This document shows positions 10,276-21,164 of a stretch of DNA of 32,000 nt, piece by piece. Below the pieces are notes generated by a model. It searched no databases. It had not been told where the DNA came from and was given only the letters and a program-made list of their open reading frames with translations. The translations under genes were made by a program, and so were the position numbers. Each line of letters opens with the position of its first letter. Within the stretch, counting starts at the first letter, position 1. The stretch comes from Vibrio vulnificus CMCP6 (GTDB lineage Bacteria > Pseudomonadota > Gammaproteobacteria > Enterobacterales > Vibrionaceae): positions 3,226,104 through 3,258,103 of the forward strand of contig NC_004459.3 of assembly GCF_000039765.1 (NCBI RefSeq), given 5' to 3'.

Positions 10276-10307
10276 AAAAAAATCCCGCTCATCGAAATGA
10301 ACGGGAC
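10276..10307 (-). terminator. Putative rho-independent terminator downstream of the Tim44-like gene
   Basis: On the minus strand: CCCGTTCAT / TTCG / ATGAGCGGG (one mismatch) followed by a run of 7 T. Confidence 0.5.
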
Positions 10308-10338
10308 TTTATGATGACTAAATCGAACGACGTTAGGC

Positions 10339-11208
10339 CTAGCCTTGGATACCCACGATCATCCACGGCGCATTTGGCGCAGTCAGATCTCGCTCAAGGT
10401 GCCAGATATCTGTGATATCTTCTTCAATGCCTTCAACAGCATCGCGGTAACGACCACTGAACTGTAAGCTCAAGTGCGCAGTTGACGCGTCGTAATCAGC
10501 ACGAACGATTTGTGCATCCACATACATGACATCCGTATGCTGCTCACCATCGAGTTTCGCTCGCTCCGCTTTTAGGTCTTCAAACAAGCTTGGAGAAACA
10601 TACTCTTCAATCGTTTCCAGTTGATTATGATTCCAAGCGCCTTGCAGGATACGGTAGTGTTCACGCGCGCCATTTACAAATGCGACTTGATCGAAACCTG
10701 GAGGGTAGTTGTGTGGTACATCAGATTGCGCGCCAAAGCCAAAACCACCAGTTGGCGTATTTGGTGACTGCTCGAAGTTATGAACATTTGATTGCTCAAA
10801 CTTAGGTGCTTGGCCGCCAAATGCTGGCTGCTGGCGATGCTGATTCATGCTGCCTTGCTTAGAAGCCAGCAAACCACGCATTAATTTAAAGATCACGAAA
10901 GCAATTAAGCCGATGATGAGGATATCCATAAACTGAATACCTTCAAACGCGCCCCCAAAGAACGCAGCAAGCAAACCACCCGCCAACAAGCCACCAAGAA
11001 TACCGCCCATCAGGCCTTTCTTAGAGCTCTGTTTTGCCGTCTGCTCTTTACCTATATTGTTCGTATTTTGCTGCTGTTGTTTTGGTGCAGGTGCCGTTTT
11101 GTAGCTTTTACCAAACGACTTACCACCACCCATTTTTTTCGCTTCAGCAATTGGCGTAGCAATCACAGAAACCATCAGCAGGGCAACAATCGATAATAAA
11201 CGTTTCAT
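10339..11208 (-). CDS. Tim44-like domain membrane protein
   Basis: 289 aa. Signal peptide MKRLLSIVALLMVSVIATPIAEA, a Gly-rich TM segment (GGILGGLLAGGLLAAFFGG), a low-complexity Q/G linker, and a C-terminal domain of about 150 aa resembling bacterial Tim44-like proteins. The assignment is from recall, not a search. Confidence 0.55.
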   Translation of the reverse strand: MKRLLSIVALLMVSVIATPIAEAKKMGGGKSFGKSYKTAPAPKQQQQNTNNIGKEQTAKQSSKKGLMGGILGGLLAGGLLAAFFGGAFEGIQFMDILIIGLIAFVIFKLMRGLLASKQGSMNQHRQQPAFGGQAPKFEQSNVHNFEQSPNTPTGGFGFGAQSDVPHNYPPGFDQVAFVNGAREHYRILQGAWNHNQLETIEEYVSPSLFEDLKAERAKLDGEQHTDVMYVDAQIVRADYDASTAHLSLQFSGRYRDAVEGIEEDITDIWHLERDLTAPNAPWMIVGIQG

Positions 11209-11388
11209 CTTTATCCTTTTGTAGTCTGATTGAAACTTTACTCACTAGTCCCCTTCTTGATACAAACCGTTTTGAAGAAAACCAGCTAACATGAATCATA
11301 CAAGCATCCTTTCATCATTGAAACGGAAACAATAGTTAGACATGTATCAGAATATTGCCGCTGTTCTATGCTTATTTTGGATGTTTTG

Positions 11389-11417
11389 TTGACGTATATA
11401 GTTGACAAATTTAGAAT
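11389..11417 (+). promoter_or_regulatory. Candidate sigma70 promoter for the TetR / MFS-acyltransferase operon
   Basis: TTGACG (11389-11394), 17 nt, TAGAAT (11412-11417), about 33 nt upstream of the TetR start. A short GAAC-GTT-GTTC inverted repeat follows and could be an operator. Confidence 0.35.
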
Positions 11418-11449
11418 ATCGAACGTTGTTCAATTTGTAGTACGAAAAA

Positions 11450-12040
11450 ATGGCCCGTAGAAACGATCACACCAGAGAAGAACTTATCGCCCTAACTCTT
11501 GAAACTGTTAAAGAGTTTCTGGCAGACCACTCGTATCACGAGTTAAGTTTGCGTAAGCTGGCAAATATGATCGGTTATGTTCCAAGCACCCTAGTCAATG
11601 TGTTTGGCAGTTACAACTTGTTGCTGTTGCACGCCGTCGCGCAAACCTTGGATGAGCTTTCCCAAGAAGCCATGCAAGTGGTCAAAACATCACAAGACAA
11701 AAAACAGGCGCTATTTAACCTTGCGTATTGCTACCATGACTTTGCCCAGCAACACCCTCACCGCTGGCGCTTAATTTTTGAGCACAACATGAATGGTGCA
11801 GAGTTACCAGAATGGCAAGCAAAGCGTATCGACAACATGACCGGTATGCTAGAAGCGCTATTGCAACAACTTGCGCCATCTCGCACACCGACCGAAGTGT
11901 TGCAAGCGAGCCGCGTGTTGTGGTCTGGCGTACATGGTATTACGCTACTGAGTGTGGATGACAAATTTTTCTCCAGTGAGCCAATTGATGGCAAAGAGTT
12001 GATAGACAGTCTTTTGACCAACTATCTGACCAACTGGTAA
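11450..12040 (+). CDS. TetR/AcrR-family transcriptional regulator (WHG-type C-terminal domain)
   Basis: 196 aa. N-terminal HTH (LSLRKLANMIGYVPSTLVNVFGSY) and a C-terminal LWSGVHGITLL motif (WHG-like). Confidence 0.85.
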   Translation: MARRNDHTREELIALTLETVKEFLADHSYHELSLRKLANMIGYVPSTLVNVFGSYNLLLLHAVAQTLDELSQEAMQVVKTSQDKKQALFNLAYCYHDFAQQHPHRWRLIFEHNMNGAELPEWQAKRIDNMTGMLEALLQQLAPSRTPTEVLQASRVLWSGVHGITLLSVDDKFFSSEPIDGKELIDSLLTNYLTNW

Positions 12041-12054
12041 TACAAGGAACTTTC

Positions 12055-13929
12055 ATGGCCGCGAATAGCCAAAGCTCGCTGTTAACACAGCGTAAGTTTC
12101 TGCCGTACTTCATTACTCAATTTTTCGGTGCCTTTAACGACAACATCTTCAAAAATGTGCTGTTGCTGCTTGTCGCGTTTGCAGGTACTGGTGCCCTGTC
12201 AATCTCCAGTGATCTTTTCATCAACCTTGCCGCAGGCTTATTCATTCTGCCATTTTTCCTTTTTTCCGCGTCAGCGGGTGTGCTGGCAGATAAATACGAA
12301 AAGTCTTGGTTTATTCGCAAGGTCAAACTGTTTGAAATTGCCATTATGTTGCTCGGCGCTATCGGTTTTATTACCGAAAGCTACACCATCTTATTGCTGC
12401 TGTTGTTTTTGATGGGCACACAGTCGGCATTTTTTGGTCCAGTCAAATATGCGCTACTTCCACAGCAACTGAAACAAGAAGAGCTCGTTCCCGGTAACGC
12501 TTTGGTTGAAGCGGGGACTTTTATTGCTATTCTTGTCGGCACATTAGGCGCGGGTATTATTGCCTCACACGAGCAAGCAAAATACGTTGCCGCTTTTTGT
12601 GTCGTTATCTTTGCTGTATTCGGCTATCTCGCTAGCCGCGCGATTCCTGTCGCGCACGCATGCGCGCCAGAGCTAAAATTTCGCTGGCAGCCTTATCGTC
12701 AAACGAAACACACAATTGCCATCGCGAAATCGGACCGTGTGGTATATCAATGTATTATGGCGATCAGTTGGTTTTGGTTCCTGGGTGCTGCGTACCTCAC
12801 TCAATTTCCCAACTTCACCAAGATTTATCTCAATGGCACAGAAAGTGCGGTCTCTTTCTTGTTGGCGCTCTTTTCTGTTGGCATCGCGCTCGGTTCACTG
12901 GCGTGCAACAAACTGTCTAAAGGCCGCATTGATGTGGGTATCGTCCCAATTGGTGCTTTAGGTATTACGGTATTTGGCTACTTGATGGCCACATCGATAC
13001 CCAGCGAGCTACCTCGCTTTCATACCTTCGCACAGTTTGTGCAGTATCAGCCATTTTGGCCACTGTTTAGCTACTTACTCATGATCGGTGTTTCAGGTGG
13101 ATTGTTTATCGTCCCTCTGTATGCCCTGATGCAACATCGTGCCAAGGAAAGTGAACGTGCGCAGGTGATTGCGGGCCTCAATATTTACAACTCACTGTTT
13201 ATGGTGGGCAGTGCAGTATTGGGCATCGTCTGTCTTGCCGCGATCGGCATATCGATTCCACAATTTTTTGTGCTACTTTCGATACTCAACTTTTTAGTGG
13301 CTGCGTATCTCTTTTTGCAAGCACCCATGTTTGTCGTGCGTTTCCTCGTGTGGGTGCTTACTCACACACTCTATCGTGTGACACATAAGAATCTACACCA
13401 CTTACCGAAAGAAGGTGGTGCGCTTATTGTTTGTAATCACGTGAGTTACATGGATGCCTTACTGCTGAGTGCCGTCTGCCCTCGATTGATTCGTTTTGTC
13501 ATGGAAGAAGAATACGCAAGGCTGCCGGTTTTGCGTCGCTTCTTACGCACTGCCGGGGTAATTCCTATCTCCGCCAGCAACAGAACCTCTATCCGCCGTG
13601 CATTTAACGATGTTGAACAAGCTTTGAGTGAAGGGCATATTGTCTGTATTTTCCCTGAGGGCAGATTAACGGAAAATGGCGACATAAATCCATTTATGCG
13701 CGGAATTGACATCATCCTTCGTCGCAGCCCGGTGCCCGTTATCCCAATGGCGCTAAAAGGCTTGTGGGGTAGTTATTTCAGCCGCCACAAAGGCCGAGCC
13801 TGTAAAGGACTCCCTAGCCGTTTCTGGTCTCGACTAGAAATTGAAGCAGGGTTGCCTGTCGAGCCTAAAGACGCCTCTGCGGAAGTCATGCAGCAAAAAG
13901 TGGCAGAGTTACGAGGCGATTGGCGCTAA
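12055..13929 (+). CDS. Fusion protein: LplT-like MFS transporter plus a PlsC-type acyltransferase domain
   Basis: 624 aa. The first 430 aa or so are a multi-TM MFS. The C-terminal 190 aa or so carry the acyltransferase HX4D motif (CNHVSYMDA) and FPEGRLT. The gene starts 14 bp after the TetR stop. Confidence 0.8.
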   Translation: MAANSQSSLLTQRKFLPYFITQFFGAFNDNIFKNVLLLLVAFAGTGALSISSDLFINLAAGLFILPFFLFSASAGVLADKYEKSWFIRKVKLFEIAIMLLGAIGFITESYTILLLLLFLMGTQSAFFGPVKYALLPQQLKQEELVPGNALVEAGTFIAILVGTLGAGIIASHEQAKYVAAFCVVIFAVFGYLASRAIPVAHACAPELKFRWQPYRQTKHTIAIAKSDRVVYQCIMAISWFWFLGAAYLTQFPNFTKIYLNGTESAVSFLLALFSVGIALGSLACNKLSKGRIDVGIVPIGALGITVFGYLMATSIPSELPRFHTFAQFVQYQPFWPLFSYLLMIGVSGGLFIVPLYALMQHRAKESERAQVIAGLNIYNSLFMVGSAVLGIVCLAAIGISIPQFFVLLSILNFLVAAYLFLQAPMFVVRFLVWVLTHTLYRVTHKNLHHLPKEGGALIVCNHVSYMDALLLSAVCPRLIRFVMEEEYARLPVLRRFLRTAGVIPISASNRTSIRRAFNDVEQALSEGHIVCIFPEGRLTENGDINPFMRGIDIILRRSPVPVIPMALKGLWGSYFSRHKGRACKGLPSRFWSRLEIEAGLPVEPKDASAEVMQQKVAELRGDWR

Positions 13930-13952
13930 GCGTTCAGATTATCTGAACGCTT
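13928..13952. terminator. Perfect 10-bp inverted repeat right after the fusion gene; a weak terminator or a binding site
   Basis: AAGCGTTCAG / ATTAT / CTGAACGCTT overlapping the stop codon. The following tract (GTTCAAAT) is not a good U-run. Confidence 0.35.
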
Positions 13953-14027
13953 GTTCAAATCATTAAGACTTTCTGATCTCATCGACTCAGCTATACTCGC
14001 GCTTTCACTTAATAAAACGCAATCACT

Positions 14028-14963
14028 TTGAATCGTAAGCATCTTCCTTTTATTTTCGCTTTACTGCTCTGCCTGAGTCCTTGGGTCTCTTCCCCCACAG
14101 CATTGGTTTTGGGTTTTCTGCTCGCAAGCACGGGGTTGGTGCCATCCCAACTGCCCATTTCGACTTACACTAAAAAGCTCTTGTCTTACTCCATTATTGG
14201 TTTGGGGTTTGGTATCCAATTTCAACAAGCCATTGCCGTAACCTCTGATGGTATCGGCCTGATTGTGGTCACCATCGCTGGTACCCTGCTACTCGGCTTT
14301 TTAGTGGCCAAAGTGATTAAGCTTGAAACCACAACCGCCTACCTTATCTCAGCAGGTACTGCGATTTGTGGGGGAAGTGCGATTGCGGCAGTCGCTCCGG
14401 CGATCAAAGCCAAAGATCAGCAGATTGCCCTCGCATTGGCGACGGTCTTCGTTCTTAATTCCCTGGCATTGTTTATTTTTCCGGTGATTGGACATGCGTT
14501 AGCGTTGGATCAACAAACTTTTGGGACCTGGGCAGCGATCGCCATTCACGACACCTCCTCCGTCGTCGGAGCTGCATCTGCGTATGGTGAGCAAGCACTT
14601 ACCACCGCGACGACATTAAAACTTGCCCGTGCATTATGGATTATTCCCGTTGCCCTACTCAGTGCAATTCTCTTTGCTCGCGGAAATGGTGAGGAAGGTA
14701 AGCGCAAGTTAGTGCTTCCATACTTCATTTTTTGGTATTGCGCTGCCATCGCCTTTAGCGATCTCTTCCCTCAATTTGAGAGCGTCTATCAGGGTATTTT
14801 CTCGGTAGCGAAACAGGCACTGGTGGTGTGTTTATTTTTGATTGGTTGCAGTATTTCTGTTGAGAAGCTGAAAAGTGCGGGTGCAAAACCTCTGATCTTT
14901 GGCTTAAGCCTATGGGTGGTCATCTCCACCACGTCGCTCAGTTGGTTGTTACTCACACGTTAA
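14028..14963 (+). CDS. YeiH/UPF0324-family membrane protein (putative sulfate exporter family)
   Basis: 311 aa with a TTG start. Polytopic membrane protein with the motif [15 protein letters not shown], which I associate with YeiH-family proteins. Confidence 0.65.
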   Translation: MNRKHLPFIFALLLCLSPWVSSPTALVLGFLLASTGLVPSQLPISTYTKKLLSYSIIGLGFGIQFQQAIAVTSDGIGLIVVTIAGTLLLGFLVAKVIKLETTTAYLISAGTAICGGSAIAAVAPAIKAKDQQIALALATVFVLNSLALFIFPVIGHALALDQQTFGTWAAIAIHDTSSVVGAASAYGEQALTTATTLKLARALWIIPVALLSAILFARGNGEEGKRKLVLPYFIFWYCAAIAFSDLFPQFESVYQGIFSVAKQALVVCLFLIGCSISVEKLKSAGAKPLIFGLSLWVVISTTSLSWLLLTR

Positions 14964-14973
14964 ACTGACTCAA

Positions 14974-15150
14974 TTAAGCTGAGTGATGGGAATGAGGCAA
15001 AGTGGTGGTTGCTTGGCGTCGATAGTCAAAAACGATGGCGACAACAATCAAAAAGGCCGTCAATTCGGCCAAAGAGCGATAGAGGCCATCACTCAGCAAA
15101 GCAATACCGAGCTGCAAAACTGCCGTTGCTATTAAGATCCCTCTTACCAT
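14974..15150 (-). CDS. Hypothetical small two-TM membrane protein
   Basis: The ORF-track entry spans 14974-15156. The ATG at 15150 is preceded by AAGG at suitable spacing. Two hydrophobic helices. No family recognised, so it may not be a real gene. Confidence 0.3.
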   Translation of the reverse strand: MVRGILIATAVLQLGIALLSDGLYRSLAELTAFLIVVAIVFDYRRQATTTLPHSHHSA

Positions 15151-15246
15151 CTTCAACCTTATGCCTTTTCTTTGTCATATGATGCGCAATTATTGTTGAG
15201 GGTTATAAGGTTGAGAAATTCTCTTTTTGACTAATTCATGTCGAAA

Positions 15247-16677
15247 TCAACTAAGTTGATTTTCCAGCCATACTTTAACGGCTTGCCGCGAGACTTTAAT
15301 CCCTTCCTTCAGTAACGCCTCAGGCATTAAGTAATAGGCGACTGGCCACTTAAACTTTTGCAGTTTCTCTTTTAAGTGTTGCTCATACTGCGCTCTGTTT
15401 GCTAGCGATGGCGATTGGATGACAGCAACGGGTCGATAGCCAAATTCTGCATCGGGCATGGGAACCACAATACTCTGTTCCACGCCTTCAATCTCGTTTA
15501 GCACCGCTTCAATCTCTTCGCAGTGGATGTTTTCCCCGCCAGAGATAAACTGATTGTCCGCACGGCCGATGATCTTAAGTTCCTCACCTTGCCAGACGCC
15601 TAAATCTTTACTGTCAAACCACCCATGCTCATCCACCAGCGTCGTTAGGCTACCCTGAAAGAAATAGCCTTCTGCCAAGGTTTCACCACCGATATAAATG
15701 CGCTGACCAATCAGTTGCAGTGCTCGATTTTTCAATAGATGCCCTGCGTTGCTCACGCTGTCGATCTGCTTGGCGGTCACGGTTGAAGCGGCCTCTGTCA
15801 TGCCATAGCCTAGCCAGGTCTCTATTCCTTTACGCTGCGCCGCTCGGGCCAAGGCATGCTCCACATGACTCCCCCCCAGCAAAACATGGCTCAGTTGCAA
15901 AGGCGTGTTGTCATCAAGCAGGCGCTTCAACTGAGTCGCGACGAGAGACGCGTGTGTCACCCCTTGAATGTCCTCAGACAAAGCGCCATGCCCCACTTTC
16001 AAACATGCGCCGGCCAACAACCAGCGATAAACAATAGCCATGCCAGAAACATGATACAGCGGCAGGGAGAGCAACCACGTATCCTGCTGAGTAAAACAGA
16101 ACTCTTCTAACAATCCTTGTGCTGACGCGAAATGCTGCCGATGAGTATGAGCCACCGCTTTGGGATTGCCCGTGGAACCAGAGGTAAAAATGATGGTAGC
16201 AAGTTGATCGGCGCGATAATCGCAAACGTGGTTGCTAGGCATCGAGTTAAGATGATCCGAGGCGAGTGAGATTTCTAGCAGTACATTACGACGATCGTGA
16301 GAGCAAGCCGAGCGGGTCTGCACATCAACGTTAGGATCAAGCCAAATAAAGCGCGTTTGCTGCTCACGGTAAAGCGTATCAAGCTTTGCTGAGAACATTG
16401 CAATTGATTGCGGCATGATGATCGCCACCACAGCCCCCAGTTGATGCGCAGCGAGCAAGATAAGCACCATATCAACATGGTTTTTACCCAGCAGAGTGAT
16501 GACATCTCCACGAGTCACCCCTTGCGCACCAAGAACCGCCGCTAAACGTTCAATCTCGTCGTTCAGTTGTTGCCAGTTGAATTGATAACGTGATGAGTTC
16601 AGCGCCATAGAAAATGGGCTCTTCTGAGCCCAATATTTCCACAATGGTTGTTCACTGACCAATGCCGTTTCACCCAT
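15247..16677 (-). CDS. menE: O-succinylbenzoate-CoA ligase MenE
   Basis: AMP-binding motif IIFTSGSTGNPKAV, and the last gene in the men operon order. The ORF track extends to 16740, but the ATG at 16677-16675 overlaps the menC stop (TAATG). That start gives 476 aa, closer to the length of E. coli MenE (about 450 aa). Confidence 0.85.
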   Translation of the reverse strand: MGETALVSEQPLWKYWAQKSPFSMALNSSRYQFNWQQLNDEIERLAAVLGAQGVTRGDVITLLGKNHVDMVLILLAAHQLGAVVAIIMPQSIAMFSAKLDTLYREQQTRFIWLDPNVDVQTRSACSHDRRNVLLEISLASDHLNSMPSNHVCDYRADQLATIIFTSGSTGNPKAVAHTHRQHFASAQGLLEEFCFTQQDTWLLSLPLYHVSGMAIVYRWLLAGACLKVGHGALSEDIQGVTHASLVATQLKRLLDDNTPLQLSHVLLGGSHVEHALARAAQRKGIETWLGYGMTEAASTVTAKQIDSVSNAGHLLKNRALQLIGQRIYIGGETLAEGYFFQGSLTTLVDEHGWFDSKDLGVWQGEELKIIGRADNQFISGGENIHCEEIEAVLNEIEGVEQSIVVPMPDAEFGYRPVAVIQSPSLANRAQYEQHLKEKLQKFKWPVAYYLMPEALLKEGIKVSRQAVKVWLENQLS

Positions 16678-17666
16678 TATGAATGCCACACCAATTGCTG
16701 TTCTTCTAACGAGGCGATCGGCAGCGAGCATTTCGGCCATCCCACCATTAACTGCGATTGAAACAAACTTATGGTGTCCAAGCCCGGCGTCACGTCAGGC
16801 AACTGCCATTTGGCAAAACGCGCTAACTGGGTAAGCCCTAAACTTGATTCGATACTTGAACTGATGACCGCTTTGATGCCCAAAGAGTGCGCTTTTTTTA
16901 TCAGCGCAATACAACGAGGCAATGAACCGATCAACGTTGGTTTGATGACGATCGCTTTCACGCCCGTGAGATCGTCAAGCGCAAAGTCAGGTCGGTGCAG
17001 CGCGTGTTGTAAGGTTTCATCCCATGCAATCGCAATCCCGGTGTTGATAGCAAAAGAGAGGCTATCTCCGGGCTTTTGGCAGGGCTCTTCGATAAACACG
17101 ATCCGCTGACGCAAAGAGGGGGTGATGTACTTGGCAAATTGCTGCGCTTTTTCTGGCGTCCAAGCACGATTGGCATCCAGTCGCAGTGTGAGATCTGGGA
17201 TGCTTTCCAAGAACAAGTTGACCAGCATGCCATCACGAATTGGTTCGTACAAACCCACTTTGACTTTGGCGACTTTCTCACCTTGCATCGCATTCAATAC
17301 CGGAATGAGTTCATCGGGATCGCCAGTACAAAGTGGCGCGGGCAAATAGTGCCCATCGCGAGGCAACTTCCCTTCCAACTCATACATCGCGGTGGAAAGA
17401 CCAAACGCAACGGAAGGCAGTAAGGCGTCGTAATCGATGGGATGATCGGTGTTCATCCACAACTCAAGCTGTGCTTGCGCTTCAATGCCCGCTTCTTCTA
17501 TGGTCTCTAAGCTAAATCCTGGTAATGGTGAAACTTCGCCATACCCTTTTTGACCGTTCATGTTCAGCTCAATAATGTAGCCAACACGCTCCGTCAGTTT
17601 CTCATCTCTTAGCACAACACCGCTGTCCATTGGCAAGGTGTAGCGGTACAGTTTGGCTGATTTCAT
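16677..17666 (-). CDS. menC: O-succinylbenzoate synthase MenC (enolase superfamily)
   Basis: 329 aa. The size and its position between menB and menE fit. Metal-ligand regions typical of the MR/MLE subgroup are present (LRLDANRAW, FIEEP, IAWDE). Confidence 0.85.
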   Translation of the reverse strand: MKSAKLYRYTLPMDSGVVLRDEKLTERVGYIIELNMNGQKGYGEVSPLPGFSLETIEEAGIEAQAQLELWMNTDHPIDYDALLPSVAFGLSTAMYELEGKLPRDGHYLPAPLCTGDPDELIPVLNAMQGEKVAKVKVGLYEPIRDGMLVNLFLESIPDLTLRLDANRAWTPEKAQQFAKYITPSLRQRIVFIEEPCQKPGDSLSFAINTGIAIAWDETLQHALHRPDFALDDLTGVKAIVIKPTLIGSLPRCIALIKKAHSLGIKAVISSSIESSLGLTQLARFAKWQLPDVTPGLDTISLFQSQLMVGWPKCSLPIASLEEQQLVWHS

Positions 17667-17805
17667 AGCTGTCCCTTAATACTTCATCGACAAATTGCTT
17701 TACTGAAAGTCAGACTCTTTATGAATGAGACCGTCAATCGCAAAGAAAAGTCCCTAAACGATGCAGATTCTGTGCCTCTGCATCGTTCTCACATTGGGAA
17801 GAAAA

Positions 17806-18672
17806 TTAAGGGTTGCGTGGAAACTTATTGAAGTCTGGACGACGTTTTTCGTTGAACGCATTGCGCCCTTCTTGCCCTTCATCCGTCATATAGAACATCA
17901 TTGTGGCGTTGCCCGCCAACTCTTGAAGACCCGCTTGACCATCGCAATCGGCGTTCAATGCTGCTTTAAGGCAACGCAATGCCATCGGGCTGTGCTGAAG
18001 TACTTCACGACACCAACGTACGGTTTCTTTCTCTAATTCTTCTACAGGGACGACCGTGTTCACTAGCCCCATATCCAACGCTTCTTGAGCGTCATAAAAA
18101 CGACATAGGAACCAAATCTCACGTGCTTTTTTCTGTCCGACAATACGTGCCATGTATGACGCACCCCAACCGCCATCAAACGAGCCCACTTTTGGTCCAG
18201 TTTGACCAAATTGCGCGTTTTCAGCCGCGATGGTTAAGTCACACATCATATGAAGAACGTGGCCGCCACCGACAGCCCAACCAGCGACTGACGCAATAAC
18301 AGGTTTTGGACAAGTACGAATATCACGTTGGAAATCAAGAACATTCAGGTGATGAACACCAGAGTCATCTTTATAGCCGCCGTAATCACCGCGGATCTTC
18401 TGGTCGCCGCCAGAGCAGAACGCGTCTTCACCGAGACCGGTCAAAATGATCACGCCCACGTTAGAGTCATAGCGAGCATCCGCCAGTGCTTGGATCATTT
18501 CTTTGACGGTTTGCGGGCGAAATGCATTACGCACTTGAGGGCGTGCAATGGTGATTTTTGCAATGCCGTCTTCCGACTTGTGGTACTGAATATCTTCATA
18601 GGGCGCACTACAGTCATTCCAATTAACTGGTGCGTAAAGTTCTGCTTCAGTGATGCCTACTGTTTTAGCCAT
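17806..18672 (-). CDS. menB: 1,4-dihydroxy-2-naphthoyl-CoA synthase MenB
   Basis: Strong match to E. coli MenB from [21 protein letters not shown]...[18 protein letters not shown] onward. The ORF track extends to 18789, but the first 39 codons have no MenB counterpart. The ATG at 18672 gives 288 aa, against 285 aa in E. coli. Confidence 0.93.
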   Translation of the reverse strand: MAKTVGITEAELYAPVNWNDCSAPYEDIQYHKSEDGIAKITIARPQVRNAFRPQTVKEMIQALADARYDSNVGVIILTGLGEDAFCSGGDQKIRGDYGGYKDDSGVHHLNVLDFQRDIRTCPKPVIASVAGWAVGGGHVLHMMCDLTIAAENAQFGQTGPKVGSFDGGWGASYMARIVGQKKAREIWFLCRFYDAQEALDMGLVNTVVPVEELEKETVRWCREVLQHSPMALRCLKAALNADCDGQAGLQELAGNATMMFYMTDEGQEGRNAFNEKRRPDFNKFPRNP

Positions 18673-18697
18673 GGTGGTTCCCATTGTTCTAATGTGT

Positions 18698-19489
18698 TTA
18701 TCGTTGATAAACCGAATGAATAAACGCACGGACGATGTCAGCAAAAGCGTTAGGCTGCTCTTGATGGACATTGTGGCCCGCATTGTCAACTATCGAGCAG
18801 GACAAGCCACTCTGCCTCGCTAGTTCTTGAAATTTTGTGTCTTTTTCGCCGCATACATAGTGCAAAGGCACGCTAGAGCGTTGCAACTGAGGTAAAAGAT
18901 TCGGTTGCTTCGCCAAAGAAGTGGCTAATAGCATCTCCGCGACTGACGCACCAAGATTAGCACTTCGTTTTGCTATCAAGGTTTGTTTTTGCGCATGGTT
19001 TAGTGAAGAAAATACCCCTTGCTGATACCAATCGGCTAATACCTGTTCAATGGGCTCTTCACGAAATCGCTTCGCCCAATGGCTATCACTGATCCAGCGT
19101 TGCTGCTTTTCTTGCTCACTGACTAAACCAAAATTGCCGCCTTCAATCAAAGCTCCGCGTAGATTCAGTGCGGCAAAGGCGTGCTCAACAAGCCCCTGCA
19201 TGGCAATTCGGCCTCCCATTGAATAACCAATCAGAATACATGGGCGTTGGGCCAATTGCTGCTCAATCACCATCGCCACTTGCTGTGCACTCTCCGCAGC
19301 ACTACTTGGGGCAATGCCAACACTTTGGCCGTGCCCTGCAAGGTCAATCGTTAGGGTTGGATATTCTTTGAGTGAACATTGCGTGGCACGCCAATCTTCT
19401 GCACTACCCAATAAACCGTGCAGTAACACCAACACGGGCGAACGGCTATCACCATTGCCTTGCTGATAATTAAACGAGAGAACGGACAT
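18698..19489 (-). CDS. menH: SHCHC synthase MenH (alpha/beta hydrolase)
   Basis: 263 aa. Nucleophile elbow GYSMGGRIA and [13 protein letters not shown], as in E. coli MenH (YfbB). It overlaps the menD 3' end by 20 nt. Confidence 0.85.
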   Translation of the reverse strand: MSVLSFNYQQGNGDSRSPVLVLLHGLLGSAEDWRATQCSLKEYPTLTIDLAGHGQSVGIAPSSAAESAQQVAMVIEQQLAQRPCILIGYSMGGRIAMQGLVEHAFAALNLRGALIEGGNFGLVSEQEKQQRWISDSHWAKRFREEPIEQVLADWYQQGVFSSLNHAQKQTLIAKRSANLGASVAEMLLATSLAKQPNLLPQLQRSSVPLHYVCGEKDTKFQELARQSGLSCSIVDNAGHNVHQEQPNAFADIVRAFIHSVYQR

Positions 19490-21164
19490 GATCAGCCAAT
19501 TGTTTTATGTGCTGTGACGCTTGGTTTGGCGGCGTGTTGACTTCAACCAATAAAGCGCCACAGCCGTGTGCAAAATGGCCAACAATTCGTTCTGTTAGCT
19601 CCGTCATCGATGTGGGGCACACGTAATCGAGGCCAAATTGTTTGGCGGCGAATTCGAAACGGTAGCCATGAGGCATTTGGTATAACGCTTGTTTTTGCTG
19701 CGGTGGTACCGGTAATAAATCAAAAATCGCGCCGCCGTCGTTGTTGGTCACCACGATCACCACCGGAGTCTCTTGATGGCTATACAGCGCCAGCGAATTC
19801 AAGTCATACAACGCAGACGTGTCACCAATCATCAATAACATTGGGTTGGATCTTGCCCTTTGCACGCCACTTGCTGTGGCAAAGAGACCATCAATCCCCG
19901 AGGCGCCACGATTGGTAAATGTTTCGACACCATGCAATTGACCAACCATATCGACCATACGCACAAACAAGCTATTGCCTAAAAACAGATCGGCGCTGCC
20001 CACAAGTGAGGATAAGTGCAGAGCAATCATCATTTCACACAGGCTGCTTTGGGCGATCTCTCTGGCTTGCTTGTTCACCTCCGCACTAAAACGCGGCAAT
20101 TCATTCGCCCACGCTACAGGCTGCACTTCGCGGTTGGTCACCACGTTCAACCACGCTGCGATTGAGCAGACAAAATGCTGTTGAGGTAGGTGGCTCTGGT
20201 TGTCTCGCTCAAAATCCGGTGAAACGTACCAATAATCGCAGCCAGCTTGCACTTGCTGCTCTAACCATTGGTGTAAACGCTTCGAGACCAAACGACGGCC
20301 AAACTGGATGATCAAATCACATTGGGACAGCTGTGCACGAGCTGCAGGATTTTGCAACCAGATATCAAAACCACTCCAATCAGAAGTGGTTCCGGATTGT
20401 GGGTCACACAGCACAGGCCATCCCATTTGCGCCCCAAATTGATGGGCCTGTTTGGCTTCTTGCAGTGTTACACTGCCAATCACCACCACGCCTTTACGTT
20501 GTTCAATTTCTGCAAGAGAAGGCGGCATGGGGAGCGGCATTTGTTTGTTACTGTAGATGCCCCCCTCTGCACGCCACACATCCACCGTATCGATATAACT
20601 CTGGTAAATCGACTTTGGTGCATTTGAATAAAGCGGCTCAGGAAAGGGACAGTTGATGTGCACCGCATGGCCACTGACCGCCTGTTGATGAAGCACTTGA
20701 TCCACAGATGTCAGTAACCAGTTTAATGACGTCTGCGTGTTTGGACTGGGCAAGTTTAATGAAGCACAAACATGATTTGAGAAGATGCCTTGCTGTGCGA
20801 TCGCCTGATTGGCCCCGCATCCCACCAGCTCGATCGGTCGATCTGCGGTCAGTAATACCAGTTTCTCCCCGGTTAAGCCTGCCTCTGCCACTGCAGGCAA
20901 AAGATTGGCCACCGCAGTGCCCGATGTCACCACCACCGCCACAGGCCGCTGGCTGGCTTTGGCTAAACCAAGTGCAAGAAAACCCAATCCACGCTCATCA
21001 AAATGCGTATGCAACTTCAAACGGGTATGGGCATTCGCTTCGAGGGCGAGCGGGGTTGAACGTGAGCCAGGTGCGACACAAACATCTCGTACGCCAAAGC
21101 GGTACAATTCTTCAAACAGCGTTTCACACCAAATACGATTCAATACGGCTTGATCGTGGTTCAT
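19470..21164 (-). CDS. menD: SEPHCHC synthase MenD (ThDP-dependent)
   Basis: 564 aa. [25 protein letters not shown] and [10 protein letters not shown] match E. coli MenD almost residue for residue. Confidence 0.93.
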   Translation of the reverse strand: MNHDQAVLNRIWCETLFEELYRFGVRDVCVAPGSRSTPLALEANAHTRLKLHTHFDERGLGFLALGLAKASQRPVAVVVTSGTAVANLLPAVAEAGLTGEKLVLLTADRPIELVGCGANQAIAQQGIFSNHVCASLNLPSPNTQTSLNWLLTSVDQVLHQQAVSGHAVHINCPFPEPLYSNAPKSIYQSYIDTVDVWRAEGGIYSNKQMPLPMPPSLAEIEQRKGVVVIGSVTLQEAKQAHQFGAQMGWPVLCDPQSGTTSDWSGFDIWLQNPAARAQLSQCDLIIQFGRRLVSKRLHQWLEQQVQAGCDYWYVSPDFERDNQSHLPQQHFVCSIAAWLNVVTNREVQPVAWANELPRFSAEVNKQAREIAQSSLCEMMIALHLSSLVGSADLFLGNSLFVRMVDMVGQLHGVETFTNRGASGIDGLFATASGVQRARSNPMLLMIGDTSALYDLNSLALYSHQETPVVIVVTNNDGGAIFDLLPVPPQQKQALYQMPHGYRFEFAAKQFGLDYVCPTSMTELTERIVGHFAHGCGALLVEVNTPPNQASQHIKQLADHVRSLV

